Origin: a virus
Strand: one strand, 5' to 3'
Length of the DNA stretch: 64,000 nucleotides
IMG/VR virus record: IMGVR_UViG_3300048687_000087
Span: 13,413-77,412 of that record
Below are positions 25,074-35,117 of this stretch, piece by piece. The first letter of the stretch is position 1; the number at the start of each line of letters is the position of its first letter. The notes under the pieces are model-generated. The model did not search any database, had not been told where the DNA came from, and was given only the letters and a program-made list of their open reading frames with translations. The position numbers were made by a program, and so were the translations under genes.

Positions 25074-26717
25074 ATGCAGGGCGACTACGGAGACCTCCAA
25101 CTCGGCAGGCTCCTCCTCCGCGAGACCTTCAGGACGGGAGAAGCGAGCAGCGACAGCCGCAGCATGGAACTTGAGGGCGAGGAGTCGATGCCGCCGCTCA
25201 CCCGCACCCAAGTGGTGTGGCGGCACGACAACCTCCTCGCCCTCGAGCAGGGCGGCATCCTGCCCGTGACATGGACGGACAAGCCGGAGCGCAACGGCTA
25301 CTACCGGCTCACCAGCGCCTCCGCGGACTACACGGAATACCGGGGCGAGGTCATCACCTCGCAGTGGAAGGTCGGCCTGGACCGACTCGGCTCCGACAGC
25401 GAAGTCGACCTGCAATCCCGCCTCACCGGCGTTGTCCGCGCCAACGACTTCAGCCTCACCGGCGAACGCTGGCATGCCCCGCCGATCGGTCACTACGGCT
25501 ACTTCACGGGCACGACGAACCCCTCAACAATGACGCGCACTGGCGCCGAGGGAGCGGTCACCGTGTACCGGGGAGTGCCCGAGAACGTCGCCCCGCGTTG
25601 GGGCTGTGCGCCCACCGCCTACCTCGGCGGGAGAGTACGGATCACATCGGCAGGCACGGAGTTGTGTGGGGTCGACCAGGCCCTACCACCTACCGGCTGG
25701 GCTCTCTCCAACGGACTGGTAAACGTCACGACCAGCGGCTCCGGGGCACTCGACGTGCAGACCTACACCGACGCAGGCTGGCGCTCCAAGACATGGAACG
25801 TCTCCGTCGCCGGACCAGGATCCACGATCACAGGGTGGGACGGCGCAACGGTGCTCCGCAACGACCCCGAGCAGGTCGTCCTACGTCTCACGAAGAGTCT
25901 CAACCCGGGGCGCGCCACACTCGACCTCACGCTCCGCCGCGGCTCCCGCTTCGTCGAGGGCTACCTCCAGACCGGCACGTCCACCACGCTGGCCGCCTAC
26001 CTCGCCAGCGCCGAGATCTACACCAGCTTCGCAGCGTCCGGCTACATCACGGCCACCAACGACGACAGTGACGGCAACAGATTCGCCATCGGCTCTGCCC
26101 GCTCATTCACCGTCCACAGCAATGGCGGCATCACCAAGAGCAGCACTACAAGACTCGACTTCTGGATCGGCGCCGTCGCCTCCCAGGCCACCCTCAACTC
26201 CAACCCGACTTTCGAGACCGACACCAGCGGCTGGTCTACCGTAAACGCCACCGTCACCCGATCCAACGCGCAGGCCAAGAACGGGTCCTGGTCCGGGCTG
26301 CTCACTGCTGGTTCAGGATCCTCACCGCGCGTCAACTCTCTCCCTAACTCTCCCGTCGTCGCCGGACAGAGCTATCGCTCATCGGGATGGCTGTTCGCGC
26401 CCTCCGCCATCCCGACCGGTGTCGCCGTGAACATCAACTGGTACGACGGCAGCAACACGTACATGAGCACGTCCACGAACTCGACGACACCAGCCGCCGC
26501 TACCTGGTTCTTCATGGACAGCGCTTTCACCGCGCCGGTCGGCGCGGCATTCGGCAACGTGTCGATGTGGATGACCGGAACTCCCGGCGCCGGAACAGTC
26601 CTGCATGGCGACGATCTTCGGCTACGTGCAACGACGCCGTCCGGTGACACTGTCGTCGACTTGCAAAACCAGTACATCGCCGCGATGCCCGAGACGACGT
26701 ATGCGGTGAGGCGCTGA
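25074..26717 (+). CDS. Distal tail/minor tail protein with carbohydrate-binding-like insert
   Basis: Follows the tape measure gene; NPTFETDTSGW CBM-like segment. Confidence 0.75.
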   Translation: MQGDYGDLQLGRLLLRETFRTGEASSDSRSMELEGEESMPPLTRTQVVWRHDNLLALEQGGILPVTWTDKPERNGYYRLTSASADYTEYRGEVITSQWKVGLDRLGSDSEVDLQSRLTGVVRANDFSLTGERWHAPPIGHYGYFTGTTNPSTMTRTGAEGAVTVYRGVPENVAPRWGCAPTAYLGGRVRITSAGTELCGVDQALPPTGWALSNGLVNVTTSGSGALDVQTYTDAGWRSKTWNVSVAGPGSTITGWDGATVLRNDPEQVVLRLTKSLNPGRATLDLTLRRGSRFVEGYLQTGTSTTLAAYLASAEIYTSFAASGYITATNDDSDGNRFAIGSARSFTVHSNGGITKSSTTRLDFWIGAVASQATLNSNPTFETDTSGWSTVNATVTRSNAQAKNGSWSGLLTAGSGSSPRVNSLPNSPVVAGQSYRSSGWLFAPSAIPTGVAVNINWYDGSNTYMSTSTNSTTPAAATWFFMDSAFTAPVGAAFGNVSMWMTGTPGAGTVLHGDDLRLRATTPSGDTVVDLQNQYIAAMPETTYAVRR

Positions 26718-29587
26718 TGGCCGTCACCGAAGTCCTCGAAGCGCTCGGCTCCTTCGAGATCAGCATCAATCCGGAGGTGCCGCGGGAAGTCCTCGACGCT
26801 GTTCAGTACTTCGGGCACATCGCGATCGTCCCCGGTCGTGTCAACCCTGCCGCCACCGGAGACGGACTCCTCGATGCTGCCCGCTACGTCGGCGTGGTGC
26901 GCGGCCGGGCCGTCGACGATGACCGCCGCACCAAGCGCGTCGAGGACGCCACCCGCATCAGCGGCGTCGGTATGGCGTTCTGGCTCGGAGACGAAGACGA
27001 GAAGGGCGCCGTCTACGAAACCCCCGTCGAGATCAACAGCGCCAGCTTCGCCAACTCCGTCCGCGTGCTCTTGCCCGCCTCCGGAGCCGTCACGGAAGGC
27101 ACCCTCTACGGCGGCGTCGCAGGCGCCTACTCCGGCCGCCACCAGTACGAAACCCCACGCAAGGCCATCACCTACGTATGCGACACCATGTCCACCACCA
27201 CCGTCCCCGTCGGCTGGCGCGTCAACAACGACGGCAGCCTCGACGCCGGACCCGAGACCAGCCTGTTCAGGACCGCACCGACGTGCGTCATCGTGAAGAC
27301 CGGAACCGGCGAGGATTTGGCGATGCGCGCGCTGCCTGGCACGACGGGCGTGAGCCGCGACATGGAGGACTACAGCACCCGCGTCGTCCTCCTCGCCGAG
27401 GGCGAGGGCGAATCGATCGCCACGGGCACCGCCAACCTTCCGACGCCGACCCTGTACAGGGACATTCACGGCAACACGCTTGAGCTCACACGCCTGGTCT
27501 CCGAGTCCGACACGACGATCCCCAACGCGGACACCCGGGCCGCGGTTGCGCTCGCCCAGTACACGGCCAGCCGCGACACCCTGGAACTGTCCACCAGCGA
27601 CTACGACATCCAAGGCTCCTTCGACGTCGGCGACTACGTGTGGGTGTACGACCCCGACCAGGGCCTCGTCGACACCAGCAACGAGATCACGTTCCGCGGG
27701 CAGCGCATCAACCCGATCCGGCTCCGCATCGCCGAAACCAGCTGGCCCGTCACCGCCGGGAACACGGTCGCCTACCGCGCAGCCGACGGCACCTGGTACG
27801 ACCTCACCGACTACACCGAATTCGAATCCGCCACCGACGTCCGCATCACCGTCGGAGACTTCGGCCGCGCTCTCACGACCGCCGGCACGCAGCCCGTCGG
27901 CTCCCGCCCCAGCCAGGACAGCTCAGTGCCCGGCATCACCGCGTTCGTCACGCCGTTCGTAGGCACCGCTTACCTGACCGCCGAGGGCTTCACCCGGGCC
28001 CGCATCATCCTCGCCTGGAACGCACCCCTCAACGTCGACGGCAGTACCGTCCTCGACGGCGACCACTACGAGATCCGCTATACCGTCGACACCGACACCA
28101 CCTACTCCGCCACCTGGGCACAAGTCTCCGGCAGCGCCTGGCAGGACCTCCAGACGTGGGCGCAGCCTCTCGCCGCAGCGGGGGAGTGGCAGACCCAGTA
28201 CGTCGCCTGGGGCGCCTCCACCGCCCAACTCCTCGACCTCTCCCCGGGCGTGGGCTACGACGTACAGATCCGTGCCGTCGACAAGGCCGGAAACCTCGGC
28301 GCCTGGTCGCCCGCAACCACGTTCGTCGCAGTCCAGGACAACATCGCGCCCTCCACCCCCGCGGCGCCTGCCGTGGCCGGATCGCGGATCGCTCTGCAGA
28401 TCACCCACCAACTCGGCAAGAGCAGCGGCGGCACCTTCAACTTGGAATCCGACCTCGACCACTTTGAGATCCACGTCGGCGCCGTCATCACGTTCACCCC
28501 GGACACGACCACCCTGAAGGGCAAGACGCCCGCAAACTCCGGGATGATCCAGGCGCAGATCCCCGTCGTCGCCACCGTCCAAGTCGAGGAGACAACAGCC
28601 CGCTGGGTGAAGGTCGTCGCGGTCGACATCACCGGCAACAAATCCAACGCGTCCACGGCCGCATCGGCGACCGCGCTCCTCATCGACGACGCCCACATCT
28701 CCGACCTCACCGTCTCTAAGGTCACGGCGGGAACCATCTCCGCGAACTGGCTCCTCGGCGCCAGCATCCGCACCGCCACCGCCGGCGCCCGCGTCGAACT
28801 CAACGCCGCCGGCCTCCAGGCCTACAACGCAGGCGGCACACGTACCGTCAACATCGCCTCCGCAGACGGATCCGTGAACCTGCTCGGGCAGATCGTGTCC
28901 GGTACCAGCGGCCGCCGCGTCGAGATCATGCCCACAAGCACGTTCCTCCCCGAGATCCGCTTCTACGCCAACACCGGCACCAACTACGCCTACATCAACG
29001 CCACCTCAACAGGCACCGACGCCAGCCTCGGCGTCAACAGCGGAACCTTCGACGACGCGGGCGTCACGGCGTACCACCGCATCTTCATGACGGACTCCAC
29101 GGCACGCTACGAAGTCATCCGACAGGACACACAAGCACGCCGAGGCGGATACATGATCCTCCAGCCCGGCGGCTACTACGCGGGCGTCAACTCCGGCGGC
29201 GCCGACGGGGGCATCATCGCCGCCGGTACAGGCCAGCTGAAAGCCGGATGGGACAGCGGTGCCTCGGCAACCGCCAACTACATGCTGTGGCAGTCCAACT
29301 TGACCCGCCACTTCGGACGTTGGGGAGACTTCTTCCTCCCCAACAGCAACGAAGGACTGTTCACCGGAACCGTCACCGGCCCTTCGGGCGGCACCACCAT
29401 GTCGATGAGTTTCGGAACCACGATGGACACGCAGCTCGCGCCCATCGTCTCGATCCGCGACGCCCCCACGGTGGCGAACACGCGCGGCTTCGTGGTCAGC
29501 GCGTCCAGTACGACCGGCTTCACCGTGCAACTCTCCGGCGCCGCCGACGGCGCATGGTCCGTCTACTTCTGGTGCTTCAGGATCTGA
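26717..29587 (+). CDS. Large minor tail protein with FN3-like domains
   Basis: LSPGVGYDVQIRAVDKAGN; SKVTAGTI. Confidence 0.8.
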   Translation: MAVTEVLEALGSFEISINPEVPREVLDAVQYFGHIAIVPGRVNPAATGDGLLDAARYVGVVRGRAVDDDRRTKRVEDATRISGVGMAFWLGDEDEKGAVYETPVEINSASFANSVRVLLPASGAVTEGTLYGGVAGAYSGRHQYETPRKAITYVCDTMSTTTVPVGWRVNNDGSLDAGPETSLFRTAPTCVIVKTGTGEDLAMRALPGTTGVSRDMEDYSTRVVLLAEGEGESIATGTANLPTPTLYRDIHGNTLELTRLVSESDTTIPNADTRAAVALAQYTASRDTLELSTSDYDIQGSFDVGDYVWVYDPDQGLVDTSNEITFRGQRINPIRLRIAETSWPVTAGNTVAYRAADGTWYDLTDYTEFESATDVRITVGDFGRALTTAGTQPVGSRPSQDSSVPGITAFVTPFVGTAYLTAEGFTRARIILAWNAPLNVDGSTVLDGDHYEIRYTVDTDTTYSATWAQVSGSAWQDLQTWAQPLAAAGEWQTQYVAWGASTAQLLDLSPGVGYDVQIRAVDKAGNLGAWSPATTFVAVQDNIAPSTPAAPAVAGSRIALQITHQLGKSSGGTFNLESDLDHFEIHVGAVITFTPDTTTLKGKTPANSGMIQAQIPVVATVQVEETTARWVKVVAVDITGNKSNASTAASATALLIDDAHISDLTVSKVTAGTISANWLLGASIRTATAGARVELNAAGLQAYNAGGTRTVNIASADGSVNLLGQIVSGTSGRRVEIMPTSTFLPEIRFYANTGTNYAYINATSTGTDASLGVNSGTFDDAGVTAYHRIFMTDSTARYEVIRQDTQARRGGYMILQPGGYYAGVNSGGADGGIIAAGTGQLKAGWDSGASATANYMLWQSNLTRHFGRWGDFFLPNSNEGLFTGTVTGPSGGTTMSMSFGTTMDTQLAPIVSIRDAPTVANTRGFVVSASSTTGFTVQLSGAADGAWSVYFWCFRI

Positions 29588-29588
29588 C

Positions 29589-30179
29589 ATGGCAGCTAGC
29601 GAATACACAGTCCAAGCGGTCAGCGAATACTGGCCCAACCCCGATACGCCCTGCTGGGCCGTCGACATGACGAAGCCGGACGGCGGCTCCCACCGGCATG
29701 TCTTCCCGAAGCACACGCTCGAGCAGCGCGCCGCCGAATATGGCATCGAACCGACCGCCGTCGAAGATCTCCTCGACATCGTCCTCCACGAGCCCTACGC
29801 CCCCCACCCCGACGACCCCGACTCTGACGATCCAGCGGCAGCGGCGGGTCTCGTCTCCCCGGCGCTCGTCTCCCGCGGCGCTACCCGCAAGGGCGACCTC
29901 ATCCCGACGACGCTCTACACCGCTCCGGACGCCGCCACAGCCCTCGCAGCGCACCGCACCCGCATCGACTACGCCAAGACCAAACGAGTCCGCGTCGCAC
30001 CACCCAAGAACGGCAAGGACCCCCTCGACATCATCCGCGGCAACCACGACATCGACCCTGCCCGCGTGGCCGCCAAAGCGCAGACAATCAACCATCGGCG
30101 CCTCGTCGCCCAAGGCCGCGCACAGGCGACGCCAGCGATCCCGAATGTTGCGAGGAAGGACGAACCCCACCGTGCCTGA
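29589..30179 (+). CDS. Hypothetical tail-region protein
   Basis: 196-aa ORF in the operon. Confidence 0.65.
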   Translation: MAASEYTVQAVSEYWPNPDTPCWAVDMTKPDGGSHRHVFPKHTLEQRAAEYGIEPTAVEDLLDIVLHEPYAPHPDDPDSDDPAAAAGLVSPALVSRGATRKGDLIPTTLYTAPDAATALAAHRTRIDYAKTKRVRVAPPKNGKDPLDIIRGNHDIDPARVAAKAQTINHRRLVAQGRAQATPAIPNVARKDEPHRA

Positions 30180-31152
30180 AACCCCGACCCCACGGCTCAG
30201 CCTCTACAAGCCGCTGAACAGCGGCAGCGAACTCGTCAACGTCCAACAGGACTTGAACAACAACTGGGACAAGGTCGACAGCGCCGCCGGCTTCCAGATC
30301 GTCACCTCAGGCACCCGCCCCGCAGCACCCTACGCAGGCAAGGCGATAGCCGAGTCCGACACCGCCTACCGCACCTACTTCTCCAACGGCACGGCGCCGG
30401 CGTCCGGCTCCTGGGTAGAGATCCCCAACAGCTCCGGCAGCTACGGCGGCAACCTCAACCTGGCCATCGGCAAGCAACTCAACATCGGCGGCTCGCTCAG
30501 CACTGCCGCTTACGCATGCGTGTTCGGCAGCTCAACCGGGGACTTCGTCATCTCCAGCCGGGTCACCGGCGACGGCACCTCCCGCCTGACCCTGCGCGCC
30601 GATGGCCAACTCGGCTGGAGCTCCGGCGCCGCAGCCACCGACGTCACCGTCCAGCGCAGCTCCGCCAGCACCCTCACTCTCACCGGCAACCTCACCGTCA
30701 CAGGTGTCGGCCAGTACCAGTTCGTCCGCAAGACCGCAGACGAGACAGTCACCAACAGCGCCGCCTACCAAAACGACGACCACCTCGTCGTCCCTGTCGT
30801 CGCCAACGGCGTCTACCAAGTCGACGGCTACATCGTCTATCAGACCGCCTCAGCGGCAGGCATCAACCTGCGCATGACCGGCCCGACAGGCACCGGGCTC
30901 TGGACGTTCACCGGACTCAGCGCCTCGGGAGGGACGAACGACACGGCAACCATGCGCGCAGCCACCGGCACCAACGGATCGGGTACCGCCCTTCTCGGCG
31001 GCGCGTCCGGGAACATCTCCGCGTCACTGCGAGGCACCTTCACGCCCACAGCATCAGGGAACCTGCAGTTCGAGTGGTCGCAGAACGCGGCGAACGTGAC
31101 CGGGACGATCGTGCGCGCGAACTCGTGGCTGGCCTTGACCCGTGTCGCCTAG
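30172..31152 (+). CDS. Tail fibre / receptor-binding protein
   Basis: GTG 30172; TPRLSLYKP..DLNNNWDKVD; G/S/T-rich beta content. Confidence 0.75.
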   Translation: MPETPTPRLSLYKPLNSGSELVNVQQDLNNNWDKVDSAAGFQIVTSGTRPAAPYAGKAIAESDTAYRTYFSNGTAPASGSWVEIPNSSGSYGGNLNLAIGKQLNIGGSLSTAAYACVFGSSTGDFVISSRVTGDGTSRLTLRADGQLGWSSGAAATDVTVQRSSASTLTLTGNLTVTGVGQYQFVRKTADETVTNSAAYQNDDHLVVPVVANGVYQVDGYIVYQTASAAGINLRMTGPTGTGLWTFTGLSASGGTNDTATMRAATGTNGSGTALLGGASGNISASLRGTFTPTASGNLQFEWSQNAANVTGTIVRANSWLALTRVA

Positions 31153-31153
31153 G

Positions 31154-31357
31154 TCAGGGCTGCATCGTGCTCTCCGGGCCGGTGGACGCCGGATCGGGGG
31201 CCGGTGACGGCGACGAAGCACCCCGCAACTGCTCGAGCTCCGTTTCCAGCTCGGCAACTCGCGCCTTTAGGAGAACGTTCGCGTCCGCAGCCTGCCCGTA
31301 TTCGCGACGGAACGCCTCGAGTGCGGCCTCGACACTGATCTGCTGGCCCTGACTCAT
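31154..31357 (-). CDS. Small coiled-coil protein
   Basis: Coupled to the upstream glycosyltransferase-like gene. Confidence 0.55.
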   Translation of the reverse strand: MSQGQQISVEAALEAFRREYGQAADANVLLKARVAELETELEQLRGASSPSPAPDPASTGPESTMQP

Positions 31358-32217
31358 GCGGTCACCTTCTCGGCGAGCTCCCGGTACCGGTCCAAGAGCG
31401 TCGTGTTGTTGAGGAACGGGTGCTGCGGGAAGAACGACCAGTGCGCGACCACGGCGTCGCCGCGCAAGATGTTCGGCACGCCCTTCGCCGCCGGCTGATG
31501 CACGGTGTGCCAGGACTCCTCCTCATCCGGGACGAGGATGCCGGGCTGGGGGAGCGCCGCATAGTCCTCACCGCGGGAGGCGAAGCAGGAGACGGAGAAC
31601 TGGGTGCCGGGCTGCAGCGGGAAGTCCTGATACAGGTACAGGTCTTCGACCGTTCCGGCGGTGACGTGGTCGAGGAGCAGCTCGTGCAGCTTCACGGCGA
31701 ACGGGCCGTTGGCCCAGCCGGTCGGGTCCATGCAGTACGGCCCCACCTCGCCCCACTCCATTGGGATCTTGCCGCACAGCTGCAGGAAGTGGGAGCAGAT
31801 CGCATTGTTGATGATGATCGGAAACACCGCGACCGGGGCGGGCATCTCGATGCGGGCCCGCACCAGGTTCACGACCGCATCCTCGTGCACGTACACGAGG
31901 TCGTCATCCATGCGCACGTACACAGTGTCCGAGTCGGTCATGTAGCGGTAGGCGAGCCCCGTGTACCGCTGTTTCGGCAGTCGGCCCAGGGCGATGCCCT
32001 CGGGGCGTTCTACGAGCTTGAACCAGTCGTGCTGGGACGCGAGTTCGTGCGCGTAGGCGATGTCGGCTTCCTGGCCGGCCGGGTCGGTGTTCATGTACGC
32101 CCACACCTCGTCGATCAGCCCGCGCTCGACATCGCGGCGCAGGTACTGGATCAGGATGCTGTAGGTGGGGACGCGCCCGTAGGGCGTCCAGGCGATGACA
32201 CGCTTGCCGTCGATCAC
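31354..32217 (-). CDS. Glycosyltransferase-like protein (GT-A type)
   Basis: TPYGR, YVRMDDD (DxD) motif; GTG start 32217. Confidence 0.6.
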   Translation of the reverse strand: MIDGKRVIAWTPYGRVPTYSILIQYLRRDVERGLIDEVWAYMNTDPAGQEADIAYAHELASQHDWFKLVERPEGIALGRLPKQRYTGLAYRYMTDSDTVYVRMDDDLVYVHEDAVVNLVRARIEMPAPVAVFPIIINNAICSHFLQLCGKIPMEWGEVGPYCMDPTGWANGPFAVKLHELLLDHVTAGTVEDLYLYQDFPLQPGTQFSVSCFASRGEDYAALPQPGILVPDEEESWHTVHQPAAKGVPNILRGDAVVAHWSFFPQHPFLNNTTLLDRYRELAEKVTA

Positions 32218-33224
32218 GCTGCTGTCCTCTCTCGGGACGGCGCGAGCGCAGCCTCCCACTGTCGGTTGGTGGCTTGCAGGATCGACCCAGAGGCTTCGGC
32301 GCGGGCAGCCAAACCGATGCGCTGCCGCAGCTCCGGATCGTCGGCGAGCTGCTTCAGCCGTCGACCCCACTCGTGCTCGCGCCGCACCAGGAACCCGGTC
32401 TCCCCATGCCGGATCACCCGCCGGTACGGCTCAATGTCCGAGGCAATCAGCGGAATGCCGAGCATGGATGCCTCGAGGAACTTCGTCGGGAACTTCGCCC
32501 GGTTGAACGCCGTGTCCCGGTACGGAGCCACCCACACGTCGAAGCCGGACACCGCCTGCAGGTACTGGCCGAAGTTCTCCACCCAACCGAGCGCACCGAG
32601 CCGACTGCCCTTCAGCCCGAGGGCGACAGCGGTGCGCGCGTCGATACCGACGAGCTTCACCTCCACCTGACGGCCCGGGTATGCGGCGATCCGGTTCAAC
32701 GCCCGCACCGCCTCCGGGAGCTCGTGGACAGTCGACGCGGTGCCCGCCCAGCCCACCGACAGCGTCTCGGAGGAGTAGTCGCGAGGCTCGCCCAGATGCT
32801 GCGCTGGTAGCCCGTTAGGAACCACGCGAACGTCGTCGTGATGCTCACGCAGAATCCGGGCGAGTGGCTCGGAGCAGCACGTCACCGTGTCGGCGAGCTG
32901 CATGTTGGTGACCAGGCTCCGCAGCATGGCGGCATCCCAGACGCGGTTCGCGGCGACGTTGGTCTCGTCGAGGTGGAAGTAGTCGTCGTCGAGATCCATA
33001 ACGAGCCGGATCCCTGCCTCCCGCATCTCCCGCCACGTCGCCGACGGGCCCGGTTTCGCGACACGGCACCCCACGACAACGTTCAGACCCTGCTCCCGCC
33101 AGTCGTCCGGCAGGCGTGGCCCAGCGCTCGTCTCGTGGCCGAGCCAGTGCAGCGACATCGCAGGTAGCACCCCGCGGTACAGGCCCGACCCGGAGCTGTC
33201 CGCCGTCCAGAAGTGGACGCGCAT
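32214..33224 (-). CDS. Glycosyltransferase (GT4/GT-B type)
   Basis: DLDD, VVPNG, VGWAG, FNRAKFPTKFLEASMLGIPLIASD. Confidence 0.88.
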   Translation of the reverse strand: MRVHFWTADSSGSGLYRGVLPAMSLHWLGHETSAGPRLPDDWREQGLNVVVGCRVAKPGPSATWREMREAGIRLVMDLDDDYFHLDETNVAANRVWDAAMLRSLVTNMQLADTVTCCSEPLARILREHHDDVRVVPNGLPAQHLGEPRDYSSETLSVGWAGTASTVHELPEAVRALNRIAAYPGRQVEVKLVGIDARTAVALGLKGSRLGALGWVENFGQYLQAVSGFDVWVAPYRDTAFNRAKFPTKFLEASMLGIPLIASDIEPYRRVIRHGETGFLVRREHEWGRRLKQLADDPELRQRIGLAARAEASGSILQATNRQWEAALAPSRERTAA

Positions 33225-34174
33225 CAGGCTGCCGCCAGGTAGCCGGGGAGCCACGTCTCGGCGTAGTAGCGGACGGTGTGGTGGATGCCCTCGTCGAGCG
33301 GCACGAAGTCGGCGGCCGTCATGCCGATCTGCTGAAGCGTGGACGTGTCGGCGGACACGACCGCGTTCGGGACTTCGCCAGGCCGCATCGGCAGATGCGT
33401 CACGGGGACGCGAGGGCGGCTGGTGATGCGGGCGGCTTCGTCGACGACGAGCTGCGCCACCTCATTGATCTCACAGGACTTGAGCGGGCCAGCCTCGATC
33501 GGCCGCTCCGCAGGACCGTGGGCCGTGGTGTGCTCGAGCGCCTGCACGAAGACCTTCGCGACGTCCCCGACGTAGACGCAGTCGGAGACCTGCGTGCCAT
33601 CCCCGTACACTTCGATGGGCGCCCCAGTGAGGGCGCGGCACGTGAACGCGGGCAGCACCTTGCGAACCTTGCTCGTGCCATACGGTGCGGCGACGGACTG
33701 GCCAGGGCCGTAGGCATTGACCGGCCGGACGATGGCGATGCGCCCGCCGCGGTAGGCGTTGAACATGCGGGCATAGTCCTCGGCTGCCGTCTTGCTGATC
33801 GTGTAGGAGCCGGTGCCGTGATCACGCATCCACGCGTTCCCGACTCCCGCGTAGGCGACGGGCAGCCCGTACTGGTCGGCGGCCTCGAACACGTTCAAGC
33901 TGCCGCGGATGTTGGTCTCCGCACTGGGGCGGGGGTTACCGATCGTCTCCTGCGTGCCGAGCACGGCCGCCAGATGGATGACCCCTTCGACGTGCGCGGC
34001 CAGCTCGACGACTGCGGTCTCGTCACGCACGTCCCCGAGGAAGAACTCCTCGCCGGCAGCCATGGGCGTGTGCGGGTGGCGGTCGAAGACGACTACCTCA
34101 TGCCCGCGGGCGAGGAGTTCGGTACGGACCCATGAGCCGATGAAGCCCTGCCCGCCAGTGACGCCGATCTTCAT
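33224..34174 (-). CDS. NAD-dependent epimerase/dehydratase
   Basis: VTGGQGFIG, HLAA, YTISK (YxxxK), NAYGPG, VYGDG. Confidence 0.92.
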   Translation of the reverse strand: MKIGVTGGQGFIGSWVRTELLARGHEVVVFDRHPHTPMAAGEEFFLGDVRDETAVVELAAHVEGVIHLAAVLGTQETIGNPRPSAETNIRGSLNVFEAADQYGLPVAYAGVGNAWMRDHGTGSYTISKTAAEDYARMFNAYRGGRIAIVRPVNAYGPGQSVAAPYGTSKVRKVLPAFTCRALTGAPIEVYGDGTQVSDCVYVGDVAKVFVQALEHTTAHGPAERPIEAGPLKSCEINEVAQLVVDEAARITSRPRVPVTHLPMRPGEVPNAVVSADTSTLQQIGMTAADFVPLDEGIHHTVRYYAETWLPGYLAAA

Positions 34175-34371
34175 GACTGCTCCTCGCTGGTGGTGTCGAG
34201 CCAGGGGGTTGCGGACTGCGCGGCACGGGTGACGGCATCCCAGAACTCACGTGCCGCGGGATCGGGTTCGTAGTCGGGCCCGGTCTCGATCTGGCCGTCG
34301 GGGCGAATGCCGACCGTGAGCTGGCCATCGTCGGCGTACAGAGCGACGACGTACTTGGGCTCGCCGCTCAT
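34171..34371 (-). CDS. Small hypothetical protein
   Basis: ATGA coupling; IRPDGQIETGPDYEPD.AAREFW. Confidence 0.6.
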   Translation of the reverse strand: MSGEPKYVVALYADDGQLTVGIRPDGQIETGPDYEPDPAAREFWDAVTRAAQSATPWLDTTSEEQS

Positions 34372-34475
34372 CGTGAACTCCAGGCCGCAGGCGTGTAGTC
34401 GATGCGCATCTCGGCGGGCTGGGCGAAGACGGTGTAGGCGAACAGCAGGGCGAGCGCTGCCGTGATGACGGTCAT
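34368..34475 (-). CDS. Hydrophobic 35-aa peptide
   Basis: AGGAG RBS; coupled to the next gene. Confidence 0.45.
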   Translation of the reverse strand: MTVITAALALLFAYTVFAQPAEMRIDYTPAAWSSR

Positions 34476-34672
34476 GGGCGAGCTCCTGTGCGGGTGGCGT
34501 GTGCGGGTTGGGCGCGGGATCTGAGTGGTGGGGGAGTAGACCCGCACGGCCACACCCCCACCACAGGACCCCTGAGCACTGGAATCCCAACCCCACGATA
34601 CCTGCGGTTCGTAGGTTAAGTGCGGGGTTCAGGCTACGATTTGAAGGTATCGCCTGTCATTGAGGAGGCAGT

Positions 34673-35104
34673 ATGGCCACCGTCTGCAAGTTCTACCGCG
34701 GGGAAAGACCCCAACTGATCCCGCCCAACGAGTGGACGCTCGTCACCTACGAGGCCGTCCTCAGCAACGACCGCAAGATGGCTCGCGATGCGGCCCTGAT
34801 CCAGCCGCCGTTCGACGGCGACTTCCTCTGGTTCCGCAACCTCCGCTGGGGCGCCATCGTGCTCCCCGACGGCGACCTCCGCCAGCGGCAGATCATGTCC
34901 CGCTTCATCCGCGACCCGCACGGCATCCGCGACGACACCGGAGCCGACGACCGCACCGCCACACCCGGCCGCTCCTGGCAGACCGTGAGCTGGGCATTCG
35001 CAGGCCAGGCCAACATGCCCGTCGGCGTCGAAGTCTGGCACGACCACCACGAACCGTGGGCCCTCGAACACGCCCAATTCGTCGGCTGCACCGGCGACTA
35101 CTAG
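34673..35104 (+). CDS. Hypothetical protein preceding the lysin
   Basis: GAGGAGG RBS; 143 aa. Confidence 0.7.
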   Translation: MATVCKFYRGERPQLIPPNEWTLVTYEAVLSNDRKMARDAALIQPPFDGDFLWFRNLRWGAIVLPDGDLRQRQIMSRFIRDPHGIRDDTGADDRTATPGRSWQTVSWAFAGQANMPVGVEVWHDHHEPWALEHAQFVGCTGDY

Positions 35105-35117
35105 AAGAGAGCCCCGC

